Positions 25,446 to 36,529 of a stretch of DNA of 64,000 bases are shown in pieces (within the stretch, counting starts at the first letter, position 1; each line of letters begins with the position of its first letter). The DNA lies in contig JAANOX010000238.1 of NCBI GenBank assembly GCA_020184695.1, forward strand, positions 503,630 through 567,629. The letters run 5' to 3'. A program made the position numbers and the translations under genes. Origin of the DNA: Histomonas meleagridis 2922-C6/04-290x (lineage: Eukaryota; Protista; Parabasalia). The notes beneath the pieces were generated by a model, which saw only the letters and a list, made by a program, of their open reading frames with translations, was not told the origin of the DNA and did not search any database.

Positions 25446-26618
25446 TGGTACTGTCTTACAACCGTGGGAAATTTGAATTAGTAGTATACAAAAAGTGGAG
25501 ACTTCATTCGATCGAAATGGAGAATAATCTACTATTTACGCCATTTTTCGAACGAAAATAAAATTCGGCATAGATGCTGAAACAAATATTATTAAATAGC
25601 AAGTTATCGAAATTGCATACATTATACATCGCATTAATTAGAATGAATTAATAGAAACAATGGTTATATATTAAACTAAATTACAATCAAAAATTAGGAT
25701 TTTGTAAAATATTTAATCGTCTCTGTATTACAACACGAATTTTATATCAATGTTACATTAAAATTCATTTTTGATTTAATTAATATTTTATAAATTGATC
25801 AATAATATCAATTGCTTCGCATAAAAATTTTTATGAATTGTCATGTTTTACATATTAATTATGCTTTATTAGTTCAAAATTTTATAAAATCCAATCTTTA
25901 CGACGATTAGAGCAATTAAAATAATAAGAAAAAAATATACAATGTTATGTGGAGGTTGGATGGAAATAATTAAATAAATTGCTCATTGTAATGATAATGT
26001 AAACATTGATTTGTAAACTTTTTGAATATAATTAATCATATGAGCTCCATTTCGAAAATTTAAATGAGTTCGAATTCATTTTTAACTAAATTACATGTTC
26101 ACTATGTATTATCTATATCAAATGATGGTCGTTCAAATTATATATTTGCCAAATGATATACGAATGATTTGAGCAGATGTTTGTACATAAAATAATTAAA
26201 AGAAACACATATAGATGAGAATAAACATATATAAGTGATAATCAATAAGAATAAATGAGAATTAGCATAAGACAATAAAATAAATACATATATATGAGAA
26301 CAAATACAGTTAGTGGAAATTAGCACATATAGATGAAAATTAACCTAAAACAAAATGAATCAAAAAGCAAAAAATGAATTATTACAACATTCGTTTCACA
26401 CCATATTTGCCAAATTTTATTTCTATTCAAAAAAACATGGCGAAAAATGTAAATAATTCAAAATAAAATTGAATGATAGTATTTTTTCAGAAAACGAATT
26501 GAGAGTCGATATTTGAATGCAAATTACATATCATTTTAATTCTCCATTATGATTGAATACGACCTCCATATTTCGAAGAGATAGTATTTTAATTTCCCAC
26601 GGTTGTATAATACTACCA
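25446..26618. mobile_element. Candidate non-autonomous element bounded by imperfect 28-bp inverted repeats
   Basis: TGGTACTGTCTTACAACCGTGGGAAATT (25446-25473) versus the reverse complement of 26591-26618, TGGTAGTATTATACAACCGTGGGAAATT. No coding capacity between them. Confidence 0.4.
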
Positions 26619-26760
26619 AAAATATTTCCAAATATCAAAAATATACCCATAATCGTCTTAGATCCGGACAAACCGTCTATCTGGATTTCAATGCAAAGTC
26701 GATCATTTTTCATTCAATTATTAAAATAAAAAATCGACTTATACCGTTTAATCGAAAATA

Positions 26761-27295
26761 ATGAACAGTGTTCCTTGTTTCAAGAGAATTGTAAAACGCC
26801 CTCACCGTACTTATAAAATAAATGAAATCCAAGAAATATTAGAATATCTATCTCAAGAAAATCTTCCATATGGTGCATTATCAAAGATTTCCAATGACAC
26901 AGGAATTCCACAACAAACACTGAGCGACTGGAGAAAACACGAGAGATCTCCAGGCGGCCAGAACTGGATTCCTAATCCATCATCCCAACCTTCAAAATAT
27001 GCACTTTCACCCCAAATAGAACAATCTACCTATGACTACATAAATGATAATTTTTTGAAAATTGGGTTACCTTTAACAAGAAGCGCCTTACATGATGTTG
27101 CATTAAATGCATATTCTTCATCTGATAATTTTCAGGTGGAGAAATTTTCTGCATCTAATTAAATGTATAGATAGATTTTTGGAAACTCATGGTTTATCCA
27201 TTCGCAAACCTCATGTTGAAAGAAGAACTACTGTAAATGAGGAGAGTGTTGAGTACTTTAGACAGAGAATTGATGAAATATTTCCTTTTAAATAA
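26761..27295 (+). mobile_element. Truncated pogo-like transposase N-terminus (HTH plus CENP-B-type HTH)
   Basis: ALSKISNDTGIPQQTLSDWRK, frameshift, then RFLETHGLSIRKPHVERR; alignable by eye to the 45415 and 24018 ORFs. Confidence 0.7.
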
Positions 27296-27354
27296 TCAAA
27301 TTCCAAAAATTATTTTGCCATTTGCTTCAGAATCAGGAAATGTTGAATTTGTGA

Positions 27355-27434
27355 AATATGTTTTAATAAATTGGAATATGTTTTAATAATATGGAATATG
27401 TTTTAATAATTTAGAATATGTTTTAATAATTTGA
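27355..27434. repeat. Four-copy 20-bp tandem repeat inside ankyrin-repeat debris
   Basis: AATATGTTTTAATAA(A/T)(T/A)TGG-like unit x4. Flanks translate as LPFASESGNVEFVKY and TVLHIAVKNNN (ankyrin-like). Confidence 0.6.
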
Positions 27435-27921
27435 AACAGTACTTCATATAGCAGTTAAAAATAATAATAATGATTGATAATGTGAATTGACCATATCCAT
27501 CAAAAATAGCGCAAAACAATTTACTTTCATGGTCTACAAACAACTTGTACCGATTCAAATTAAAAAAAAGTAGCCAAACTTGATGATGGCTTTTTTTGCT
27601 TGTAAATCAATTTCGCGTTCCTAATGTAAATCTTTAATTTAATATTTTAAATACATCTGATGTTTCTCGTATAAATTAAATTATAGCGATAAATAATGTG
27701 ATTGAATTTTTTTATGAAAAACAAAACATATGTCAAAAGTAAATTTAAAAATTCACTTAAAGAGAACACAGAGTTTTATTTGATTCCTTCTACACCAAAT
27801 CCATTTTTTTATAAAAGAATCGAAATGACATGAGAAACCGTTTATAAATTTTATCAAATTAAAAAATAGAATATTATTTATTCAAACATATAATGTTTTT
27901 ACAAAACACTTAAGGATACAA

Positions 27922-28989
27922 TCAAGATCCAAATGTTTTCTGTCGTACAATTCCTTTCCGCTCTGGCTTTTTTTGAATGTATGTCAAATTATTTATTCTT
28001 TTTGGAAGGATTAGATTTTGAGACACAGTTGAAGGAAGCAATGAAGTTGACCTTCGATATGAGGCATTTTCTGTAGTGCTTTTATGTAATGGACAGAGTG
28101 TACTATAATTATATTTTTGAATGTTATCAAATATTGGCGAACTAAGAAGTTTGGTTAATGGCTCTCTTTTTGCTGGATTTATTGCAGTCATAGATCGAAT
28201 TAAACGACAAAATCTTGCATCAGCATATGAAGGAAAAGATACAACGCCTGTTTTGATGGCCATTTCCAGTTCTTCGTTGTTGTGGTATATCCATGGAAGC
28301 TTCCCAAACGCTAAACAATAAAATGTAATTCCAAGTGACCATATATCAGCTAAAAATGGATCTGATTTTTGGTAACTAATGACCTCTGGTGCCATGTATG
28401 GCCGTGAGCCAGCGCATACTTTAGTTGTTTCGCCTTTATCGACTTTTTTGCTCAATCCAAAGTCTGCAAGTTTTGGTCTACCACAATTATCCAAGAAAAT
28501 ATTTGCTGGTTTTATATCCCTATGAGCAACGTTTTGTTCGTGGCAGTATAAAAGAGCTTTCAATATTTGGTAACAATAGGAATATAATTTTGGTGATCTT
28601 ATTGGTCCTTCTCTTTCAAGCAATTCTTGAAATGAGCCACCGCTGCAATACTCCAGTACGATGTACAAATTAGTGTGAGCTTCATCAAAGAAAAATTCGT
28701 ACATTGAAATAATGTTTGGATGACATAATCTAAGTAATGTTATTGCTTCTCCTTTTGTTTCATCAGTTACTGGCTCTCTTTGCTTTATTTTCTTTATGCA
28801 AAATTCTTGGTTGTATTTATCTGAATGTACAAGAAATACAGATCCAAATCCACCTGCGCCAACAGGCTTTAGAAAATGATAGTTGTGTTCTGGGAGAACC
28901 TCTTGTATATCTGAGAAACTAATTTGAGGTTCTGGCTTCAGTTGCATTGTTGCATCCATTGGGTTTCTGGCGAAAACTTGTGAAATCAT
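27922..28989 (-). CDS. Ser/Thr protein kinase (CAMK-like, trichomonad-expanded type)
   Basis: GAGGFG, CIKKI, HRDIKPAN, DFG, YMAPE, DIWSLG; all catalytic motifs intact. Confidence 0.92.
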   Translation of the reverse strand: MISQVFARNPMDATMQLKPEPQISFSDIQEVLPEHNYHFLKPVGAGGFGSVFLVHSDKYNQEFCIKKIKQREPVTDETKGEAITLLRLCHPNIISMYEFFFDEAHTNLYIVLEYCSGGSFQELLEREGPIRSPKLYSYCYQILKALLYCHEQNVAHRDIKPANIFLDNCGRPKLADFGLSKKVDKGETTKVCAGSRPYMAPEVISYQKSDPFLADIWSLGITFYCLAFGKLPWIYHNNEELEMAIKTGVVSFPSYADARFCRLIRSMTAINPAKREPLTKLLSSPIFDNIQKYNYSTLCPLHKSTTENASYRRSTSLLPSTVSQNLILPKRINNLTYIQKKPERKGIVRQKTFGS

Positions 28990-29621
28990 TTACAAAAGTG
29001 ATCGCTTTTAAGTCGGTCATAATTTGACACGCTCAATTAACTGAAAATTTTTCATAATGTTCAAACCCCAATAACAAAAAATTTTATTATCTGTGTAAAT
29101 TCAAATTATTTTATTTTTCCATCATCAAATGCAGTAAGGTTTTTTATGTTGATTTTTCATCATTTAGAGCCAATCTTTCTTTGTGATTTAGAGCAATCAT
29201 CTCATGTTTTTTTTATAAAAATGGAATGTTTAATGCTTTTTGTATGTAAAAACTTTTGGAAAATACCTAATGATGCATTCAAGAGAATAACATTTTCTCA
29301 TTTGAATACATTTTGCAAATAAGTAATTAATGCTATGTCACCAATGTATATGTAAAATTTCGATAATAATATGAGCAGTTTCGTATGTATTTTTGTTATT
29401 TATTAAAGTCAAAAATAATAAATCAGTTTAGTTCAAGAAGGGAAAAAAACAAATAAACCATACAAATTATTAATTCATGAGTGAGAACTGTTTAAGTAGT
29501 GAGTTTTGTTTCAATCTCTTCCTTACGAAGGATTAAAACTGTTAGTTGTTTAACAGTTACCAGAAAAAATTCATGTGTGAATATCAAAAACAAATTAATG
29601 GCATATTTACAACACGTTTAA

Positions 29622-30410
29622 TCAATTTTGATCAGAAGGATTTTCTGCAAAAAGCCCTTTTGCAGTATTTATTAGCTCAAGAACAAGTTTTCCAATTTTA
29701 CTATCAAATGTTCCCGTGTTTAGGATAACATCAAAGTCGGACTCTGTCAGTGGATCATAAACAAGAACTTTTGCAAGTGACAGAATCGAATCTGCACATT
29801 GTTCAAAAGATTCTTTTGTTTCTTGAATAAAGGTTTCATTTTTGTTCATTTCAACAAAGTTTGAACTGTTTTCCATTTTAATAGTTTCCTCTTTGACTCG
29901 TCTGGAATAATCATGAATTTGAGATCTGAGAGTACTTGTCAACTTTTCCATTTTTTCGCTGTACAGTTCCAACTTCCTTCTTCGCTCATTAATTTTTCTT
30001 TTGTTTTCTGTTTTTAATAATTTAAGTTCTTTTTGAAGGATGTTTCTTTGTGTCTTAAGAGCTTCTAGTTTTTCTGTAGCTTCTGATATTATAATTTTTT
30101 GTGAATCTGATTGAAGAGAAGTTAATGTTGAAACACTATGAGAATCTTTATTCTTTTTTTGTATTATTTTTTCTTCTGAAAAATTATGTGCTTTTTGTGT
30201 TTTTCTTTGTTGAAAACTTTTTTTCATCGAGTCTTTTTTTGTTTGATTATTTGCTAATTTCGGAATTTGATAGTTTCTTTTATGATTTTGATTAACATGT
30301 GAAAAACTATCACTATCAGAAGAAGAATCAAGATTTATTGGTTCGGGTAAGACTGTAAACTTTTTTTGGCCATAATTAAAATTCCAAGCTCCTTTTCCCC
30401 TCATAGACAT
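29622..30410 (-). CDS. Hypothetical coiled-coil protein
   Basis: 262-aa ORF with a Lys/Glu heptad-rich centre. Confidence 0.6.
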   Translation of the reverse strand: MSMRGKGAWNFNYGQKKFTVLPEPINLDSSSDSDSFSHVNQNHKRNYQIPKLANNQTKKDSMKKSFQQRKTQKAHNFSEEKIIQKKNKDSHSVSTLTSLQSDSQKIIISEATEKLEALKTQRNILQKELKLLKTENKRKINERRRKLELYSEKMEKLTSTLRSQIHDYSRRVKEETIKMENSSNFVEMNKNETFIQETKESFEQCADSILSLAKVLVYDPLTESDFDVILNTGTFDSKIGKLVLELINTAKGLFAENPSDQN

Positions 30411-30576
30411 ATTTTAAACGTACATTGTAAATTATTCAAAAATATTTTTTAGCAAAAATCAAACTAAAAAGACAAAAAAATATTAGTTTTTACATTTGAG
30501 TTGTAAAAAATATTCACATTTTTTGTTTTTATGGAATCTACAATAAGTTAGCTTTCTTCAGAAAGGTGTTACTTTA

Positions 30577-31668
30577 ATGACTTTCTATTATGGGTGTGTT
30601 GCGCATGGTGTAAAGATTGTAGCAGAATTTTCTGGAATCCAAGGAAATTTTCGTGAGATTATATATAAAATGTTTCCCAAAATTAATTCATCATATTCAT
30701 ATTCTTCATGGGACCAATACAATTATAATATTTTTTCATTTCTTAATGATGAAATGATGTACATTTGTGTGGTTGACTCTACTGTTGATTTAAAAAAGAA
30801 AACGTTTTTTACATCAGAATTAAAAAGGCAATGGAGAGAAATATATGGAGAAAACGGAAAAGGATTTGAAGAAAATGAAAAAAGTTTGGAATTTGGTATT
30901 AATATTTTTTATTTATTAGAATTTTTTAATGTAGAACATACTGAAAAAGAAACTCAAAATGATAATACTGAATACTTTCCAATTCAAAAAATAGAAAAAC
31001 CTTCCTCATATAATGAAAGACTTATTATATCACATTTAGATGATATTATGAATGAATTTTTTGAACTTAATGAGACAGCACAAACACTTCCACAACAGAA
31101 ATATATTTCTCCTTTTTATTTAATTGGAATCAATACAATATTTATTATATTGATAATTCTTTGTTGCATAGGAGCAAATCTTTTTTCTGTAAAAAAAATT
31201 CATATATCAATGGAAAATAAAGTTCCTTATAATTTTTTGCTTATTGTAACTGCTTTTGCTATTTTAGCATCGCTATTTTTATTTCTTGTGTTATTTATAA
31301 ATGAACCAGTTTTAAAATATTTAACAGTTGGCATCTCTGGATTTTGCATTTTTCTAGAAATTATTATGATATTTATATCTTTTCGTAGTAAGAAAATTAC
31401 GATGAATAATATGAAAGAAAAATGGATTAATGCCAAACTGCCATCAAAAGAAATCGAAAAAACGCTTGAATGTTGTGGTTTTGAAGATCCATATGATAAA
31501 AACATGACACATTTATGCGGTTCACCACATTTTTATCATGTAACATGTATAACCAAAATAGAGCAAACAGTAAACACTCTAACCAGTCACAAAGGGATTG
31601 CGGGAATATTTATCTTAATTCTCAATATTCTTCATTTTGGATATATTATGTATGTGATCACAATATAA
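30577..31668 (+). CDS. Longin domain (VAMP7-like) fused to a tetraspanin
   Basis: aa 1-118 resemble a VAMP7-type longin (Y.CVA.G..IVAEF...GNF..I...M.PKI; YICV.D; F..EL...W...YG; EFG..I..LL..FN). aa 180-363 give three TMs, a large loop with LECCGF plus two more Cys, then a fourth TM. Confidence 0.7.
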   Translation: MTFYYGCVAHGVKIVAEFSGIQGNFREIIYKMFPKINSSYSYSSWDQYNYNIFSFLNDEMMYICVVDSTVDLKKKTFFTSELKRQWREIYGENGKGFEENEKSLEFGINIFYLLEFFNVEHTEKETQNDNTEYFPIQKIEKPSSYNERLIISHLDDIMNEFFELNETAQTLPQQKYISPFYLIGINTIFIILIILCCIGANLFSVKKIHISMENKVPYNFLLIVTAFAILASLFLFLVLFINEPVLKYLTVGISGFCIFLEIIMIFISFRSKKITMNNMKEKWINAKLPSKEIEKTLECCGFEDPYDKNMTHLCGSPHFYHVTCITKIEQTVNTLTSHKGIAGIFILILNILHFGYIMYVITI

Positions 31669-31804
31669 TAATTAAAAAATAAATTGTTATACAATATAAT
31701 AATTAAAAAAAATTAATAGTTCTACAACACAACAATTAAAACAAATATTTCGACATGTTCAGCAAAAAATTCTCAACAAAATTTAATTAATAAAATAAAC
31801 ACAT

Positions 31805-34800
31805 TTACTCTTGTGCATTCACAACCGATATGAATTGCGAGAACGGCAAAAACAAGAAATAATTTCCATATCTAACTTGAAACGTAGCGATATTAATAAT
31901 TCCCGGCCTCATGACGAGTAACTGGAAGTCGAATTCCATTGATTGACCCGAATCGATTTTTTCGCATGTGAATTCTTCCTTACCGATCCAAATCGCATTT
32001 GTGCTTCCAGTTTCTTGAAAGTCGACGTGTGACACGGAAATATCCTTAATCACATTCTTCGTCATGTTTAATACTTTCAGCTTAATATTAACAGTTTCAT
32101 ATCCGACATCTTTAAGCTCAACGAAATCGGGCGAAATGATTTGGAATCGAAATGGATACGATAAAAAGATATCGTTTGGAATCGTATATTGCGAATTGAA
32201 ATCGCAATTTTCTTTTGTGTATGTAAGTGAACCAGATGATTTCATATCATTGATAAAATACTCATCTTGATTATTACAGTCGCATTTATCTGTGTTATGT
32301 TCAAATAGAAAACTACGAAATGTATTCGATGTGATGTAATTGTCAGTTTCTAACATTAATGTATAACATTTGTCCTTAATATGTACTTTATGTAAATGAA
32401 TTGGATCTTCTCTTGTTTGGACATCGACAAAATAAAGTAAATCAAAGGTATTTCGTGGATCTAATAAAATTACATTTTTCATATCTTCGGATTTTTTGCA
32501 ATTTATATGAAATAATTGTGAATATGATCTCCACTGAAAGCCACTATTCGCTATATAAAACCATACAAGATGGATTTCAATATCTTTGTCAGCACCATAT
32601 ACATAACCGCTAACTTCTATCGTATCGTCGGTATCGGTTTGTGGTGTGACCATATTAACAATTGACAAACTTTGTTTGTACGTTTGACCGTTATTAAAAT
32701 ACAAATTTTTTGGTGCGTCATGTACAGCTATAATTGATTTTAAGGGACTTTTTCCTTTACATTTTATACTAAACAAAAACGGCCTAATTTCATTTTGCTT
32801 CATTTCCTTTGGGAAATCTTCAATATCAACTTCTATTAAAGATTGACCTTCAAAAGATTGAAATTCCATTTTCGGGAATTGCGTTGTAACATGTAATAAG
32901 TCCCAAAGAGAAAATGAGATTTTATCAATGGAAAACTTCATTTGTTTTGTAACAACGAAAGAACATAAAACAGTAATTTCATAAACATTTTCTTCTATTT
33001 TTAAATTGACCTCAGAAGTTTTATTCCAATTAACAATTTCTTCATCCAAAGTTTCCATTATTAATTTCATTTTCGATAAATAATATGGCGCAGTACCAAA
33101 GTTCCGATGTAACTTTAATTGTAAATAAACAGGTTCGCCGCATGCGACTTTATTAATTTTGGAGACATTATGAATCCATTTCTTAGTGAATGAAATTTCT
33201 CTTTTTGTTTTATTCCAAAACTCAAAGATCGGTTTAAACTTAATGGAATCGAATCCAAATGATTCAGGTGAACCATATTCGAATAAAGAAGTCGAAGAAA
33301 CGCTCATTATCGGAAGAGATATTTTGGAAACAAATGTACTATCTGAATTAGGCAAATTAAAAGCCTTAAAAAAATCCATAAAATTCTTTTGTTGATTTTC
33401 TTTTGCATCATAAACAAATAAATTCAAATATATTAATGACGCAAAAGATGCGCAATTACATAATATTAAATACTCGGCAACATTTTTTAATGTTTTGATA
33501 ACAATTTGTTTCCATGAAACACTTTGGTAAGTTGAAGGCTCTTTTAAATTTTCGATTTTCCCAATACCACAAACAAATATTTTCTTATGTTTCATGTCAT
33601 TTTCACATATTAAATAATGTATATATGATGAACATCGTAACGCATGTCCATAAAATTTGGCTCTCCCATAAAGTATTGATGATCGATATAAATAAAAAGC
33701 TGCTTTTTTCTTTTGTTCTTTTGTTAAGAATAAACCAGCAATTCTTTCATAACAAACAGCTTTTATAGCATCGCTTATCTTTAATGTTAATAATGTGCAT
33801 AAGAACTTTTCTAATATTGTCACATTTTTGAATGTTAAAAATTGAAATGCTTTAAAAAATAAACATAACGCCGTATCCATATCGTTGTCTTTAATGTACA
33901 TAGTTATTAAATCACATATTAAATGCTCAAACTTCGGATTTAGAAATATTTCATTAACTGGAAAATTACTGATCAGAAGGTGAACGTTAAGCAGCAAAAC
34001 GGTTTTTTCTGCGAAAAAGTTCGGAATGCCCAAAAGTTTACGGACGATTTCAGATGCTTCATAATAATGGCCAACATTTATATATGAAAATGCTAATTGT
34101 AATTGTAATAAATTTATGTTGTGTTGGTGAATTCCTTTCCTAGACTTTTTAAATAAGTTTTGTATAAAAGTGCTTTTTTTAACTTCTAATAAAATCGTTT
34201 CGCCTAATTTGGTAATAAATTTTTGTAATGTGTTTGGAACCTTCTCATTAACAATAGGTAGAATACATTTGTTTTGAAGAAAATCAATTAATTCATCTGA
34301 CAAATAAAACTTTTCTTTCCCTTCGTTTTGGTATAATTTCGAAAATATTGAAAAGAATTGTTCTGATAATTGAGTGCTTCCTTCCAAATTACATGTAAAT
34401 GTTTGATCGCCAGTGGTGAAAACAATGGAATTTTCTGTAAATGCCACATGATAAGTTGTTGTAATTGAGTCCAAATCATAATGTAATAAATCATTAAAAT
34501 GTTGGGTTTGAATTTGTGAAATATATTCATGCGCATCTGTTGTGGAGGAAAAGATAAGGTAATGACATGGGTTGTCGTAAAGTTGAAATGGTGGATTTAA
34601 GCTCCCGAAAAATAAATAGAAAATAGAACGAAACCAAAGAGTGGAATGAAGCATACTTTCGATTCCATATGGGTTTCCTTTCGTTGTGAGAAATTGTTCA
34701 GGAAAACTTTTGGTACGAAATAATTCGTCAGATTTTTCAAGAATTGTTTGAATTTGGGATTCAACGGGTATAATAGTTTCATTATCAATAATTCTATTTA

Positions 34801-34969
34801 AGTTAAGATATTTAAAATTAATTTTAAGCTGATGAATTGATTTTGATGCACATGCAAAAAAATATATTAAGCTGAATTTCCATTTGGATAACTTCTTTTC
34901 TATATCTGGGTCAACGTAAATTGCAATGACTGGTGCGAATTCGTAAAAAAAAAATTTTTGGTTCTTCAT
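31805..34969 (-). CDS. TRAPPC8: TRAPP III subunit TRAPPC8/Trs85-like protein
   Basis: LQLAFSYINVGHYYEA, CYERIA, KKAAFYLYRSSILYGRAKFYGHALRC (compare RK.AF..VLAG.R..KAG...HA.RCY) and GEPV.LQL followed by beta-rich domains; 1054 aa. Confidence 0.55.
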   Translation of the reverse strand: MKNQKFFFYEFAPVIAIYVDPDIEKKLSKWKFSLIYFFACASKSIHQLKINFKYLNLNRIIDNETIIPVESQIQTILEKSDELFRTKSFPEQFLTTKGNPYGIESMLHSTLWFRSIFYLFFGSLNPPFQLYDNPCHYLIFSSTTDAHEYISQIQTQHFNDLLHYDLDSITTTYHVAFTENSIVFTTGDQTFTCNLEGSTQLSEQFFSIFSKLYQNEGKEKFYLSDELIDFLQNKCILPIVNEKVPNTLQKFITKLGETILLEVKKSTFIQNLFKKSRKGIHQHNINLLQLQLAFSYINVGHYYEASEIVRKLLGIPNFFAEKTVLLLNVHLLISNFPVNEIFLNPKFEHLICDLITMYIKDNDMDTALCLFFKAFQFLTFKNVTILEKFLCTLLTLKISDAIKAVCYERIAGLFLTKEQKKKAAFYLYRSSILYGRAKFYGHALRCSSYIHYLICENDMKHKKIFVCGIGKIENLKEPSTYQSVSWKQIVIKTLKNVAEYLILCNCASFASLIYLNLFVYDAKENQQKNFMDFFKAFNLPNSDSTFVSKISLPIMSVSSTSLFEYGSPESFGFDSIKFKPIFEFWNKTKREISFTKKWIHNVSKINKVACGEPVYLQLKLHRNFGTAPYYLSKMKLIMETLDEEIVNWNKTSEVNLKIEENVYEITVLCSFVVTKQMKFSIDKISFSLWDLLHVTTQFPKMEFQSFEGQSLIEVDIEDFPKEMKQNEIRPFLFSIKCKGKSPLKSIIAVHDAPKNLYFNNGQTYKQSLSIVNMVTPQTDTDDTIEVSGYVYGADKDIEIHLVWFYIANSGFQWRSYSQLFHINCKKSEDMKNVILLDPRNTFDLLYFVDVQTREDPIHLHKVHIKDKCYTLMLETDNYITSNTFRSFLFEHNTDKCDCNNQDEYFINDMKSSGSLTYTKENCDFNSQYTIPNDIFLSYPFRFQIISPDFVELKDVGYETVNIKLKVLNMTKNVIKDISVSHVDFQETGSTNAIWIGKEEFTCEKIDSGQSMEFDFQLLVMRPGIINIATFQVRYGNYFLFLPFSQFISVVNAQE

Positions 34970-35189
34970 CGAACCCAGATGTCTCTGTAGAACGTTAAAA
35001 GATCATGTAAACTCAAACACAAAAAGTAGCAACCACCCACTTTTTGAATACAAAGAATGATATCATGTCACATGATTAATCATGAAACCGTTTAAATATT
35101 GCTACTTAACGTTTTCTATAGGACAGAACATTGTTTACAATTTCAATCGATTTAGCCTCCAAAATTGATAAAAACCGTTTACAAAAACA

Positions 35190-36323
35190 ATGGAAGAGAA
35201 ACCAAAAAAAAATTATGGTTATGCTATCGCGATTGTTTGCATGCTTATTTTTGGAACTTGTACATCGGTTTTAATGAAAGTCATGCTTACAATAGAATCA
35301 CCAGGGTTTAAAGGCATAAAACATAATTTTGATAAGCCATTTATGCAATCATTTTTAATGTTCTTTGGAATGGCTTTTTCTTATTTCATAGCTAAAGTTT
35401 GGGATCCAGAAAAGAAAGGTAAGAAATTATCTGCATCATGGTCACAAAGAGTCATTATAGCAATTCCAGCAGCATTTGATTTATTTGCTTCCACTCTCAT
35501 GACATTTGGTTTAATTTACATTAACGTTTCAATCTTCCAAATGCTTCGTGGATCAATGGTTATCTTTTCAGCAATCATTTCCATTCTTTTCTTAAAGAGG
35601 AAAATTCCAGCCTACAGATGGTTCAGTATTTGCATTACCATTGTTGCTCTTGTAATGATTGGAGTTGCCGGAATGTATGTTCCATCTGTTAGCTCGAGTA
35701 GCGAAACAAGTGAAGCACCCGAATATTCTGCCACACAAAAACTTCTTGGTGCAGTTTTAGTTGTTCTGTCCCAACTTGTTCAAGCTGCTCAAATTGTCAC
35801 AGAAGAATATGTACTTCAAGATGTCAACATGCCTGCTCTTGAGATTGTTGGATGGGAAGGAATCTGGGGCCTTGTTCTTATGATCATTGTTGGTTTTCCA
35901 TTTGCTTTTATTGTTCCAGGAAATGATCCATCACCACTTGGAACATCACTTGAGAACTTCATAGACTCATTCATCCAGCTCTTCTCATCTGGAAAAGTTA
36001 TCTTAGTATGTCTCTTCTTTGTTTTGGCTGTTCTCTTCTATAATATGTTTGGAATGCTCGTCACTTCACATTCATCGGCGGTTAACCGCACAATTCTGGA
36101 AGCTGCACGTACATTGTTCATATGGATTGTTACATTAATTTGTGCTTATGCAGGAGCCGGATTCGGTGAGCTGTGGGTAAATTGGTCCTTCTTAGAACTT
36201 GGAGGATTCTTTTTATTAGTGTTGGCTACGTTCATTTATAATGATGTGTTCAAATTGCCTTGTTTTAATTATGAAAAGAAGGATGACGAGGCAATCCTTA
36301 ATGGTGCGTTAGGGCAAGAATAA
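35190..36323 (+). CDS. SLC35F6-like nucleotide-sugar/DMT-family transporter
   Basis: About 10 TM segments; KPFMQSFLMF.GM, IPAAFDL.A, SIFQMLRGS.VIFSA, VGWEG.WG, RTILEAART..IW. Confidence 0.8.
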   Translation: MEEKPKKNYGYAIAIVCMLIFGTCTSVLMKVMLTIESPGFKGIKHNFDKPFMQSFLMFFGMAFSYFIAKVWDPEKKGKKLSASWSQRVIIAIPAAFDLFASTLMTFGLIYINVSIFQMLRGSMVIFSAIISILFLKRKIPAYRWFSICITIVALVMIGVAGMYVPSVSSSSETSEAPEYSATQKLLGAVLVVLSQLVQAAQIVTEEYVLQDVNMPALEIVGWEGIWGLVLMIIVGFPFAFIVPGNDPSPLGTSLENFIDSFIQLFSSGKVILVCLFFVLAVLFYNMFGMLVTSHSSAVNRTILEAARTLFIWIVTLICAYAGAGFGELWVNWSFLELGGFFLLVLATFIYNDVFKLPCFNYEKKDDEAILNGALGQE

Positions 36324-36529
36324 ATCATATGACTGGTCACAACTTTTGTTTTCATTAGAAATGTTAAATTTAAATTCCATAAAATATTTTGGTTTTTCTT
36401 TGATAATCATTTATTAAAATTACATAATGTAAAAATATTTTCCATCTTGTTTTATAATATATTTCCTGTTAACAAAAGTGATACAACAAGTCAACATCCT
36501 TCCCATTGGTGCTTCTCATATAGGAAAAA

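Noticed and set aside
27355-27434. CRISPR-like array
   Set aside because: The 20-bp units are directly adjacent with no unique spacers and no cas genes, in a eukaryotic context; a minisatellite.
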